IMG/VR virus record: IMGVR_UViG_3300025889_017816
Span: 55,475 to 119,474 of that record
Length of the DNA stretch: 64,000 nt
From: a virus
Strand: one strand, 5' to 3'
Shown one piece after another: positions 49,964-58,647 of this stretch (position 1 is the first letter of the stretch; each line of letters starts with the position of its first letter). Below the pieces are notes generated by a model that was given only the letters and a program-made list of their open reading frames with translations, ran no database searches and had not been told where the DNA came from. The position numbers were made by a program, and so were the translations under genes.

Positions 49964-51003
49964 AAACCCTCTTTCTTAGTAGACCATACAATTTCATTTA
50001 AAGTATGGTGATAATTCCACATAATTGTATTTTCAACAAACTCTTTAAATTCTTTGCTACTATTAAACACATAATTTTGATTTTTAAAATTTACAACCCA
50101 GGTTTTAACTGCATCAAGAACATCCACCTTGTTAATAATTAAGTTGGTAACATTGTTGATATACATGGCCTGAATTACGCCGTCTAATTGTAACCATCGA
50201 ATATGGCGCTTTCTTCCTGTTGTAGCACCAATTTCACCACCAATTTCTTGTATTTTATTGAATACATCAAGATATTGATTTACATCTGCTACTGAGGCAA
50301 AATGTGTTTTATGACCTGAGTATGTTTCATAGGCCTTCATGATACCATAAACGTTACGCCAGTATCTAGGTGCAATACCTGAAATTTGAACACTTGCAGA
50401 TGTGCAACTGCTAGATGTAACATACGGGTAATCACCCCAGTCCAAGTCGATCTGGAATCCTTGGGCGCCTTCACATAACACATCAATTGGAAAATACTCG
50501 CGTCTGTTATAAAAATAATTATATGTATCAATGATTGTGAATAATCCACGCTCATATGGATTCATAACATCAGCAATTCGTTTTCCTGTTCGTGCTACTT
50601 TGTCACGATATGTTGGTCCAATACCTTGACCTGTAGTACCCAACTTTACGTCTTTGGTATCCTCATCAATGTGTTCAGGCATTGTTACATGGGCTCGTTG
50701 GTCCACGAATACTTTACCATTGTACCCAAGAGAGCGAAGCATTGATATTTCTTCATTTAGCTTTGATATGTTAACAACACATCCAGCTCCTATAATACTA
50801 GGAATATTATAAAATATTCCAACAGGAACTTGGTGTGTTACAATTTTAACGCCGTCATGATAAATGGTGTGTCCTGCGTTCCCACCACCATTAAATCTGA
50901 GCACAGCATCATAATTATTATTTTTTGCTAAATGGTCAGATACTTTACCCTTGCCAGTATCACCAGCTTGTAAATCAATTACAATATCAGCATTACCAAT
51001 CAT
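49960..51003 (-). CDS. purA: Adenylosuccinate synthetase (short form)
   Basis: Q.GDTGKGK, GG.NAGHT, GTTGQGIGPTY.DK, EGAQG...D.DWGDYPYVTSS, GATTGRKR, NKVD. Confidence 0.88.
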   Translation of the reverse strand: MIGNADIVIDLQAGDTGKGKVSDHLAKNNNYDAVLRFNGGGNAGHTIYHDGVKIVTHQVPVGIFYNIPSIIGAGCVVNISKLNEEISMLRSLGYNGKVFVDQRAHVTMPEHIDEDTKDVKLGTTGQGIGPTYRDKVARTGKRIADVMNPYERGLFTIIDTYNYFYNRREYFPIDVLCEGAQGFQIDLDWGDYPYVTSSSCTSASVQISGIAPRYWRNVYGIMKAYETYSGHKTHFASVADVNQYLDVFNKIQEIGGEIGATTGRKRHIRWLQLDGVIQAMYINNVTNLIINKVDVLDAVKTWVVNFKNQNYVFNSSKEFKEFVENTIMWNYHHTLNEIVWSTKKEGL

Positions 51004-51018
51004 AATATATTTCCTTTG

Positions 51019-51339
51019 TTACGCCGTAAAACTACTCCCACACCCGCAGCCACCTGTGGCATTTGGGTTATTAAAAATAAAACCAGATCCCATCATGTCA
51101 GATTTATAATCCAGGGAAATTCCCTCTAGATACTGAGCACTAAAAGGATCTATAATAAGATTTATATCTTCTGTAATCGCAATAATTTCATCATCGTCTT
51201 CAATGACATCTTCCAAATACATACCATATTGAAACCCAGAACAACCACCTGGAAGAACACTCATTCGGACGTTTCCAATCTCTTTTTCTTTTACCTGTCT
51301 TATTTGGTTTAAGGCAGTTTCAGTAACAGTAATGTTCAT
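51019..51339 (-). CDS. Fe-S cluster assembly accessory protein (IscA/HesB family)
   Basis: GGCSGFQY...GSGF.F.NPNATGGCGCGSSF. Confidence 0.95.
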   Translation of the reverse strand: MNITVTETALNQIRQVKEKEIGNVRMSVLPGGCSGFQYGMYLEDVIEDDDEIIAITEDINLIIDPFSAQYLEGISLDYKSDMMGSGFIFNNPNATGGCGCGSSFTA

Positions 51340-51373
51340 GTTTTTCCTTTTTTTTGCTTCCTATATACATAGG

Positions 51374-51402
51374 AATATAACAACTTTTTATCTATATGTC
51401 AA
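51374..51402 (-). promoter_or_regulatory. Sigma70-type promoter TTGACA-17-TATATT
   Basis: Near-consensus boxes upstream of the IscA gene. Confidence 0.7.
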
Positions 51403-52403
51403 TAGCGAAGAATGTCATCTTCCAAATCATATTCATTTCTTTTTTCTAAAGAAATCAAAAGAGGAGGCAATCTTCCTGCTCGGGCAGAAGTGGACATGGC
51501 ATATTTGGAAATTTTCATTTCTGTTCGTAATCCAGGATAATTAGGTAATGATTTTCTTCCTCGTTGATTACGAATCACCCATATAGGCTTTTTTTCTTTT
51601 GGAATATCATTTAATGTTTTATAAATGTCATATACCCTAACTTCAATTCTATTTTTAGAAAAATTATAAGAAAAATCATTTTTCCGAAATGATCGAACAA
51701 TAATGGCACCGTCTTTAACTATAATGTCACTACCAAAAACAGTAATGGTTTGTTCTTTCACGGTGGCTTCCATGGCAACAACTCTGTTTAAAGATACATC
51801 ACCGGGTGATCCGCCGGTCAATTGAATTTCATCTTTATCCAGTAATTTTTCAATTAATTTGGTACCCGCATCACGAAACAATCTGTCTGAACTTTCCCAA
51901 CCTCCAGCATCTTCCTGCTTTATGGATATCGGAACTTGCCCGGAGGTTGTAATTAAATTCACATCAGATTTTTTTGATCCAGCAGTGTCGGTACCTGCAC
52001 CAACAACATCTGTGACATTGTTTACAACAAATGTTTTTTTCCCAGATTCAAACGCAATTGTTACGGGTGTTGATACCATGAATGATTTTAATTGATCAAT
52101 AAGAAATTTTTCGTTGGCAACACCTGCGCCACCACCTCCGCCTCGACCTCCAAACTCAGATGTTTTTTGTATTTGATTTAACGGCAATAGTTTACGGATA
52201 TTTTTATCTCGGGTGATCAAATTAATGGCAATGGGATCGCCTTTAACGGCACTGCGAAGAATATCGGCAATTTGCTCGTTATATTTGGGAAGTTTGCGCG
52301 TTTGTTTGTCTATGAAAAGAAAATCCTCGTTGTTTTTCCATTTGTGCAGAAAAATTTCAATATTGTCTCTTTTTTTTAATTCTGTTAACCCCAAACTAGC
52401 CAT
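51399..52403 (-). CDS. Hypothetical protein, possible PD-(D/E)XK nuclease
   Basis: KTSEFGG...NE...KSDVNL.......ISIK resembles a restriction-endonuclease-like active site. Confidence 0.45.
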   Translation of the reverse strand: MASLGLTELKKRDNIEIFLHKWKNNEDFLFIDKQTRKLPKYNEQIADILRSAVKGDPIAINLITRDKNIRKLLPLNQIQKTSEFGGRGGGGGAGVANEKFLIDQLKSFMVSTPVTIAFESGKKTFVVNNVTDVVGAGTDTAGSKKSDVNLITTSGQVPISIKQEDAGGWESSDRLFRDAGTKLIEKLLDKDEIQLTGGSPGDVSLNRVVAMEATVKEQTITVFGSDIIVKDGAIIVRSFRKNDFSYNFSKNRIEVRVYDIYKTLNDIPKEKKPIWVIRNQRGRKSLPNYPGLRTEMKISKYAMSTSARAGRLPPLLISLEKRNEYDLEDDILRY

Positions 52404-52409
52404 GGTTTT

Positions 52410-53039
52410 TTATTCCTTGATTATATCGTAATAGAAATTGTTACTATCTTCGGTTGAGTATTTTGGAGTATTTTCAACAGAATATTTTCTATGACATAAT
52501 TTACGAGGCACTACTAACTCTTTGGATACTGTGAAACTTGGATCAAAAAAGCGCATTCTGTTATTGGGTTGAATGGCAAATCCACCAAAATCACATTTAA
52601 TGAAATGCCCACATTTATGATTATCAGGCGTTTCGGCATACCCGTATCTAGCCTCAGAATAATCTCCCTGTGTCCAATCTATTGTAAACATATATGTTCC
52701 AGATGTTTTAATATTGTCTCTGTTATAATATACACAAGATAAACCGTCCAGGGCAGCATATGTAGTAATGCTCACGTTATAACTAAAACAGTTCCATAAT
52801 TGTAACTGAGTTAAGTGCACATACTCACATGGTTTCCAACACAAAGCACTCACAGGAACACCCCACCATACTCCACCATCAGTTAACATTATGTTAAACA
52901 AACAAGCTGATCCTGGACGAGATATTATACCAAATACAATACACTCGTAATATTCCTCAAACCCAGCTTCATGATTTTGTAAATATTGCCCACGAACATA
53001 ACATGATATTATAGGAATGCTAGTGGAATGATAGGGCAA
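52410..53039 (-). CDS. Hypothetical phage protein
   Basis: 209 aa; C.VR..YL, QLWNCFSY, YMFTIDW, HKCGH, QPNNR; GGAGGAG RBS before TTG. Confidence 0.7.
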   Translation of the reverse strand: MPYHSTSIPIISCYVRGQYLQNHEAGFEEYYECIVFGIISRPGSACLFNIMLTDGGVWWGVPVSALCWKPCEYVHLTQLQLWNCFSYNVSITTYAALDGLSCVYYNRDNIKTSGTYMFTIDWTQGDYSEARYGYAETPDNHKCGHFIKCDFGGFAIQPNNRMRFFDPSFTVSKELVVPRKLCHRKYSVENTPKYSTEDSNNFYYDIIKE

Positions 53040-53047
53040 GGCTCCTC

Positions 53048-53188
53048 CTAAATCTTGGATTCCATGTTGGATATTATCTGAGATATTTCTGAGTTAAACT
53101 TAAGCATCTCATATTTCACAACAAAGTATACAAGAATGCTCGGCGCAAAATAATATATTATTTTAAGTAGTAATGATATGTTATCCAT
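53048..53188 (-). CDS. Small membrane protein, 46 aa (not in ORF track)
   Basis: MDNISLLLKIIYIFAPSILVYFVVKYEMLKF...; AGGAG RBS; CATAAATA late-like box at 53201-53208. Confidence 0.55.
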   Translation of the reverse strand: MDNISLLLKIIYYFAPSILVYFVVKYEMLKFNSEISQIISNMESKI

Positions 53189-53247
53189 AATAACTCCTAG
53201 TATTTATGAGGGGATAAAAATAATGTCTCGTTGTTTAAGTTTTTGGA

Positions 53248-53436
53248 TTAACCTCTGCCATATACTATTATGCTAAGTAACTGCGATATGGCAAAAAAGA
53301 ATGTCATAGTGTACATAATAGCAAATAATGTATATACTTTCTGTGACATATTAATGTTATGAATATCAGACATAGATGTGTAGTATATCAGAGGGAATGA
53401 TATTAAGAAAAATATTGCTAGTGATAATAAGGTCAT
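53248..53436 (-). CDS. Small two-TM membrane protein
   Basis: Two hydrophobic segments; CAGGAG RBS. Confidence 0.55.
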   Translation of the reverse strand: MTLLSLAIFFLISFPLIYYTSMSDIHNINMSQKVYTLFAIMYTMTFFFAISQLLSIIVYGRG

Positions 53437-53694
53437 AGTATATTCTCCTGAAGAAGCGCAAGCAAGTCCTGAGGACCTGTATTGGTCGTTTTTTGCGGCG
53501 AAAAATTTTTCATAATAAAGGTATGGAAAATGTCCTAGATTTCCCTAGTGAGGAATGGCGCAAAGAAGCAAGGCGTTAGGTGGGGTTTATTACTCGACCC
53601 TCTGGCTAAAGTAGTGACCAACTTTTTCATACCCCCTGTTCCTATGCTCCTCTTCCTGTTATATTATATGGCTCCACCTATCCCCCCTAGCTCC

Positions 53695-54630
53695 TCAACT
53701 CCTGCACAGTAGCACACGAGCCATACCTTCCCATTCACTCTGAGCAGATTTAGCTAGAGCAATGATTTTCATTGCCGTACGCAGACTGAGTTCACGGAAA
53801 TCATCGCGATGCTTATTGATGAATGCGAGGATATTATGTCCCATATCAGGCGACACACCTTCCACGGCGAACATTTTGCCTGCGGTAGCTACATAGCTGA
53901 TCCACAGTGCGATAGCCTGACGATCATGAAGCCTGAGATCCAGATACAGACTGCGGGACATGAGGGCCTCGAAATGCTGCACCATCTTGGACTTGCCCTC
54001 GTCCACATATTTCTGGAAATCGAGGTTGGAAATGAAGATGAAGCTTCCATGGAAATCGTACTGCTGCGGGACATCGTCCTGACGCAGGGTTGCTGAATCC
54101 TTCATCCAAGAAACGGTGCGCTTGCGCGAAGAGTCACACAATGCCTTGAGGACGTTCAGTGCATCCTCGTCCATGAAGATCCCGTCGGCGTCATCCAGGA
54201 CAATTACGGATCCTGGAGATGAATTGCGAAAACCCAGCTTGTATAGCTCGACTCCGGAAAGTGCACCTGCCACCTGCTCGGACTTTTGGTAATCCTCGAG
54301 CTGACGCATCACGTTATAGGTCTTGCCTACACCGGGTGCTCCGGAAACCACCAGAGACCTAATTGCACCACATTTGGAGGCAGTGGTGAGCTTATCGAGC
54401 ATCCCGAACCTAAGTTTAAGGTCCTCCAAGACTTCCTCGTCGGATCTGCGCTCATCCTGCGATACTGGACCGGTGGAATACTTACCATGCCCAATCTTAA
54501 GGGCCTCCAGGATTGCATGAGGCTTACAACCCGCCTGACGGCACGCCTGGAGAATATCGACCCGCCCATGAACGGTGCGTCCCGAAGCCTTGAGAATTTC
54601 GATGGCCTTGTTTTCAGCAGAGTTGAGCAT
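53695..54630 (-). CDS. AAA+-like ATPase
   Basis: Walker A GAPGVGKT, Walker B IVLDDAD, FIFISN, ALMSRS, ELSLR. Confidence 0.8.
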   Translation of the reverse strand: MLNSAENKAIEILKASGRTVHGRVDILQACRQAGCKPHAILEALKIGHGKYSTGPVSQDERRSDEEVLEDLKLRFGMLDKLTTASKCGAIRSLVVSGAPGVGKTYNVMRQLEDYQKSEQVAGALSGVELYKLGFRNSSPGSVIVLDDADGIFMDEDALNVLKALCDSSRKRTVSWMKDSATLRQDDVPQQYDFHGSFIFISNLDFQKYVDEGKSKMVQHFEALMSRSLYLDLRLHDRQAIALWISYVATAGKMFAVEGVSPDMGHNILAFINKHRDDFRELSLRTAMKIIALAKSAQSEWEGMARVLLCRS

Positions 54631-54690
54631 TGGATTTTTTGGTTGAGATTTCCTGAATGCCTATAAATCTAATGGGATTTAAGGTGTTTG

Positions 54691-55098
54691 TCAAGAGCTC
54701 CCACGAAGGATGTAGGGCTTGTTCCACTTGCCGACCTGCACGTCCATATAGTAGGCGGTGTTGAAGTAATCCACCATTGCATCCGACTTGTCATACCAAT
54801 CGGCAGCCTTGAGCGCCTGAAAAACCTCGGCGAAGAACGCCTTGGACTGTCCCGTGTAGTGAGTTTGGTGGTGATACGGATTCACGTCCAGATGCCCAGG
54901 GAACATATCAGCCAGAGACCCACGGAACGCCTCACGGTTACGGTCGTTCCAGAAGTCCAGCTTGCCCTCCTTGATCGTGAGGACGATGGTCGAGTGGTGA
55001 CGAACCTTGAGAGACCCCTTGACCCCGTACTTGGCGAGGATAGGCTTGACCGCCTGAGCAATCACCTTCTTACGGTCTTGGTTCATGTAAGCGCACAT
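54691..55098 (-). CDS. Hypothetical early protein
   Basis: 135 aa behind a promoter repeat with AAGGAG; AYMNQ...KYGVKGSL.VRHHSTIVL...DYFNTAYY...GKWNKPY. Confidence 0.8.
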   Translation of the reverse strand: MCAYMNQDRKKVIAQAVKPILAKYGVKGSLKVRHHSTIVLTIKEGKLDFWNDRNREAFRGSLADMFPGHLDVNPYHHQTHYTGQSKAFFAEVFQALKAADWYDKSDAMVDYFNTAYYMDVQVGKWNKPYILRGSS

Positions 55099-55159
55099 TT
55101 TTTGCTACTCCTTGAGTGATTTTGAATATGCGTAAATATAGCACCGTTGGAACCAAAAG

Positions 55160-55378
55160 TCAAGAGCTTTGACTCTCGCTCTCAGGCATATCGTACCAGT
55201 GAATGGTTTCCTTTTGCAGAGCCTCCGCTCGCTTCAACTCCCGAGCAATAAGGTTGTTGAACAGTCCGTAAACAACCCATCCCACCTGACGCTCACTCCC
55301 GGAGAGGGATTCGATATAGTCGTGAATCTCCTTTGCATTCTCCGGCGTGTGGAACAGTCCCATTTCCTGGATCTTCAT
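55160..55378 (-). CDS. Hypothetical early protein
   Basis: 72 aa directly after a repeat RBS (CAGGAG). Confidence 0.75.
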   Translation of the reverse strand: MKIQEMGLFHTPENAKEIHDYIESLSGSERQVGWVVYGLFNNLIARELKRAEALQKETIHWYDMPESESQSS

Positions 55379-55442
55379 TTGTTCTCCTGAGTGATCTTGA
55401 ATGTGCTATAATATAGCACCGTTGGAACCAAAAGTCAAGCCC

Positions 55443-55688
55443 TTACCACTCTCCTGAATAATCATCAAAGTGGCCATAGTCCTCATCCGTTCCCCACCCA
55501 GCGGAAGCGAGCGTATCCGCGTCCGCTTCCACGTCGGTGTAATTGTCTTCCTTCTCCTCTGCCCAGCCCTGGTCAAACTCGGCATCGTCCGACTCCGTGA
55601 AGAGGCCAGGCTCCTCCGATTCCCACTGGGCATAGTAGTCCGCCTCGTCAATCGTGACCCACTCGTCCTGGTTATCGTACGGATTCAT
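55443..55688 (-). CDS. Highly acidic early protein
   Basis: 81 aa, about one third Asp/Glu, DADTLASAGWGTDEDYG motif; directly after a repeat RBS. Confidence 0.75.
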   Translation of the reverse strand: MNPYDNQDEWVTIDEADYYAQWESEEPGLFTESDDAEFDQGWAEEKEDNYTDVEADADTLASAGWGTDEDYGHFDDYSGEW

Positions 55689-55753
55689 GCTGTCTCCTAT
55701 TGTGATCTTGAATCTGCATTAAATATAGCACCGTTGGAACCAAAAGTCAAGCC

Positions 55754-55954
55754 CTAGAGCTCCCGCAGTCTCCCGGAGCGATCTACCATCGGGATCACGA
55801 GACCCTGCCCCCAGAGCCCCAGCTCCGTGCGCAGACGGTACAGCTGCCATCTGATGGATGAGTGCTTCCTCCAGATCGCGTGATCATCCGTAAACTCATA
55901 CCAAGGGTCGTACTCTCCCCGAAGCCTGTGCCATTCTGTCAGCATCTTGTCCAT
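55754..55954 (-). CDS. Hypothetical early protein
   Basis: Start moved to MDKMLTEW after TAGGAG; YDPWYEFTDDHAIWR. Confidence 0.7.
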   Translation of the reverse strand: MDKMLTEWHRLRGEYDPWYEFTDDHAIWRKHSSIRWQLYRLRTELGLWGQGLVIPMVDRSGRLREL

Positions 55955-56020
55955 CGTGTCTCCTAGTGTGATTTCTAATCTGCTATAATATAGCACCTTT
56001 GGTCCCGTTTGTCAAGCACC

Positions 56021-56275
56021 TTAGTGGTCCATCGCCTGGACGTCCATGACAATCGAATCCTCCAGAATCTGCTGGGCCACGGTGTTCCAGTACTGGTAGG
56101 ATGGGTTCGTGTTCACCATGGTTTGCATCTCCAGCACGGCTTCATCCCTGGTTAGGAATCCTTGGACATAATTAAAGTCCGAAGGATATTCTCCGAGCCT
56201 AAGAGATTCCAGCTCCATGCCCTGGATCATGTATCCATTGACGTCTGGTATCACACGCAGGTAGGTGGTTCTCAT
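56021..56275 (-). CDS. Hypothetical early protein
   Basis: 84 aa, TAATG-coupled to the upstream peptide. Confidence 0.65.
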   Translation of the reverse strand: MRTTYLRVIPDVNGYMIQGMELESLRLGEYPSDFNYVQGFLTRDEAVLEMQTMVNTNPSYQYWNTVAQQILEDSIVMDVQAMDH

Positions 56276-56376
56276 TATCGGCGCTCCACGATATACTCAA
56301 CCAGCTGCGCCACGAGCACCACGGCGAAGAGAAAACATCCCACGACGATGGCGAATTCCGTGTCCGATCCGTACAT
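56275..56376 (-). CDS. 33-aa single-TM peptide (not in ORF track)
   Basis: MYGSDTEFAIVVGCFLFAVVLVAQLVEYIVERR* directly after a repeat RBS. Confidence 0.65.
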   Translation of the reverse strand: MYGSDTEFAIVVGCFLFAVVLVAQLVEYIVERR

Positions 56377-56434
56377 TTTGCTCTCCTGATGAGATCTTGA
56401 ATCTGCTATAATATAGCACCTTTGGTCCTACTTG

Positions 56435-56632
56435 TCAAGCCCTTTGCACCAGGGTTCGGTGACAGACCGTGCACTGGACACCCTTCACCCCATTGGGGGC
56501 CTGCAAGGGGTTGATGTGGACCTGGGCATCACGCCAGTAGGTCCACGTGTTGCAGGTCTTGCAGTAGCTGCTAACCTTAGTGGACGGTTCCTGCCAAACT
56601 TCGCTTCTCCAACTCTCGTACCGCATTTGCAT
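56435..56632 (-). CDS. Small zinc-ribbon protein
   Basis: CKTC...CTVC; follows a repeat RBS (true start may be the second Met at 56626). Confidence 0.7.
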   Translation of the reverse strand: MQMRYESWRSEVWQEPSTKVSSYCKTCNTWTYWRDAQVHINPLQAPNGVKGVQCTVCHRTLVQRA

Positions 56633-56691
56633 CTCCTAGTGTGATCTCTAATCTGTGCTATAATATAGCACCTTTGGAACCAAAAGTCAAG

Positions 56692-56947
56692 AGCATGGGA
56701 AACCCCCTTCGGTGACTATGCCGGAGGGGGAACGGCGTCCCGTTTTTCACCATTAATCGGGATTTCTATTCCTCGGCCGACTCGCACGGCAGGCAGTCCC
56801 GTATCGCCTGTATTAATTAACATTACAAATGAGGCCGAAAACAGCGCGAGTGTTTCTCCCGCATGTCCTCTGTGGGGGTCAGCCCTAGGAGGCGATGATT
56901 TTTCGGTGACTAGCCGTTTGTCATCCTTTGGCTAAACTGTTTCCAGC
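56692..56947 (-). ncRNA. Candidate structured non-coding RNA (~255 nt)
   Basis: Own promoter at 56953-56981, no RBS or ORF, several inverted repeats and a 3' GC-rich hairpin. Confidence 0.55.
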
Positions 56948-56952
56948 ATATT

Positions 56953-56981
56953 AATATATCACCATTGATATCAAATGTCAA
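56953..56981 (-). promoter_or_regulatory. Sigma70 promoter TTGACA-17-TATATT with extended TG, lacking the leader/RBS of the other copies
   Basis: TTGACA at 56981-56976, TG-A-TATATT ending at 56953. Confidence 0.8.
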
Positions 56982-57241
56982 GAGGGCAATACCACTTCCA
57001 CAGCACCGTCTGGTTGAACCACCTCATAATGTACAGAGACCAGCTGGTAAATCTCTGTCCACTGAGCTTCGCACTCATTACACCTAATCCTCAGCCATGC
57101 CTCACCAGGAGAGCATTCTTCACCAGGGACTCCTGGTGATCCTGGTGGGGTAAACCCTTGGGGACCAGTGCCTAGGTCAGTTGAAGTGCAAAAGATGCAA
57201 ACGCTGCACCCGGATTCTACATATTCGGTATAGGTTTTCAT
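56978..57241 (-). CDS. Small zinc-ribbon protein
   Basis: CIFC...CNEC.AQWTEIY; ATGA-coupled. Confidence 0.7.
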   Translation of the reverse strand: MKTYTEYVESGCSVCIFCTSTDLGTGPQGFTPPGSPGVPGEECSPGEAWLRIRCNECEAQWTEIYQLVSVHYEVVQPDGAVEVVLPS

Positions 57242-57432
57242 AGGTATAGGTAATGGTGTTTGGCGGCCTTGAGCTGCTCAGATTCTTCTACGGGTACCAC
57301 ACGGACACCAGTTATAATTCCATCGGGGTGGAGCATGGAGGATATATCTTCTCGCAGATCGCGCACGAGCGGCTTAAGCTCGGCCTCTGGGAGATCAGAT
57401 ATCTCCACCTCTACCACGAAGGAAATCTTCAT
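57238..57432 (-). CDS. Hypothetical early protein
   Basis: 64 aa, ATGA overlaps at both ends. Confidence 0.65.
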   Translation of the reverse strand: MKISFVVEVEISDLPEAELKPLVRDLREDISSMLHPDGIITGVRVVPVEESEQLKAAKHHYLYL

Positions 57433-57608
57433 CCCTTGCCAAGAATGAAGTTCACCGCCATATAGCGCAGTGAGGTTTGGTGAGTTTGTCCGTCAATACG
57501 GACGGCAAAGTATACACCAGGAGTTTCCTCCTTAATGTATCCAGCAATGCTTCCGGTTGCTGCTCGCACTTCCTGGTATCCGTTGCTCATAAACCACTCC
57601 TCATTCAT
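57429..57608 (-). CDS. Hypothetical early protein, 59 aa (not in ORF track)
   Basis: MNEEWFMSNGYQEVRAATGSIAGYIKEETPGVYFAVRIDGQTHQTSLRYMAVNFILGKG*; fills the gap, ATGA-coupled. Confidence 0.65.
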   Translation of the reverse strand: MNEEWFMSNGYQEVRAATGSIAGYIKEETPGVYFAVRIDGQTHQTSLRYMAVNFILGKG

Positions 57609-57611
57609 GGG

Positions 57612-57776
57612 TTAGTTCCAACCATTGGTATCGTACATCATCATATCACGGATTGCATCCTCGATATCATCCATTTCCTCGGTGATCTGGAAGATTAGAT
57701 CCATATCCTTCTGGTTGTTAGGATCCAGAAGATGGAGCATTCCTTCGAGCTGTTCCAGTCGATCAATCAGGTTCAT
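57612..57776 (-). CDS. Small acidic helical early protein
   Basis: Start moved to MNLIDRLEQLE after AAGGAG. Confidence 0.7.
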   Translation of the reverse strand: MNLIDRLEQLEGMLHLLDPNNQKDMDLIFQITEEMDDIEDAIRDMMMYDTNGWN

Positions 57777-57833
57777 GACTTCTCCTTGAGTATTCGGAAT
57801 CTGCATTAAATATAGCACCATAGGGATAGTTTG

Positions 57834-58049
57834 TCAAGCACAGCGTCCATCAGGTTTTATCCCAATACCTGTGTCCAGGACATGAGGCTTGCGCATCTCC
57901 AGCACCGTTTCCACAGCACCTCTCACCAAATCAGAGGATGCATTCTCGGTAATCAGGTATACCGCCACGGCCTGAGCTTCGGTTCTGCTCAAGGGACCAC
58001 AGACGTCCTCAACCATTCCTTGGATTTCTACAGCCTGTGCATATCTCAT
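57834..58049 (-). CDS. Hypothetical early protein
   Basis: 71 aa, TAATG-coupled. Confidence 0.6.
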   Translation of the reverse strand: MRYAQAVEIQGMVEDVCGPLSRTEAQAVAVYLITENASSDLVRGAVETVLEMRKPHVLDTGIGIKPDGRCA

Positions 58050-58273
58050 TAGCTTAGCAGATCCGCAGCAGCAGCCAGGGCCTCAGCATCTTCTTGCAAA
58101 CTTTGGTATACATCACGACGATGTACCAAGGATTGCAGCTTGCGCTGCTCATGTTCTAGCTCACGGGTGCGTTGGTCTACCAAACGCTCTTGGCGAGACA
58201 CATCCCCGTCCAGAGTCTCAAGGATTTTCTTGAGCTTCTCCACGTTAAGTTTCATAAATTTCTTATCACTCAT
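58049..58273 (-). CDS. Coiled-coil early protein
   Basis: Heptad-like Leu/Glu/Lys pattern; ATGA-coupled. Confidence 0.65.
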   Translation of the reverse strand: MSDKKFMKLNVEKLKKILETLDGDVSRQERLVDQRTRELEHEQRKLQSLVHRRDVYQSLQEDAEALAAAADLLS

Positions 58274-58581
58274 CGGTAAAGGTAACCAGTATAAGGATCC
58301 ACCACCTGACGCAGCTTCTCCATGTCAGTATTTAGATCGTACCGAGCTCCCTTGGCAGGTGCTCTCCAAGAGGCAGCCTTATACACCTCCAGGGTGGATT
58401 TGTTCACGAAACTATGGACGCACTGTCCACCATGGCGGTCAGATCTGACCTCCACGATCTTAACATACTTGCTCCCAGGCTGCTGCTCGAACGTAGGAGG
58501 AGTCAGGTTCGGGAGACGCTCGGCATAGTGAGCATTGGTCTTTTCCTGAATGATTGCTACATACTGGTCGATCAGGCTCAT
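58270..58581 (-). CDS. Hypothetical early phage protein
   Basis: G.KYVKIV....VHSFV......VYKAASWRAPAKGARY motif; directly after a repeat RBS. Confidence 0.8.
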   Translation of the reverse strand: MSLIDQYVAIIQEKTNAHYAERLPNLTPPTFEQQPGSKYVKIVEVRSDRHGGQCVHSFVNKSTLEVYKAASWRAPAKGARYDLNTDMEKLRQVVDPYTGYLYR

Positions 58582-58647
58582 GATGTTCTCCTAGTGAATT
58601 CTTGAATCTGCATTAAATATAGCACCTTTGGTTGCCCTTGTCAAGTG

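Noticed and set aside
49960-51003. PurZ (2-aminoadenine Z-genome) enzyme
   Set aside because: It keeps the PurA catalytic Asp (GDTGKG; PurZ has Ser there), the TTGR arginine and an NKxD GTP-specificity motif; no datZ or mazZ was recognised in the window.
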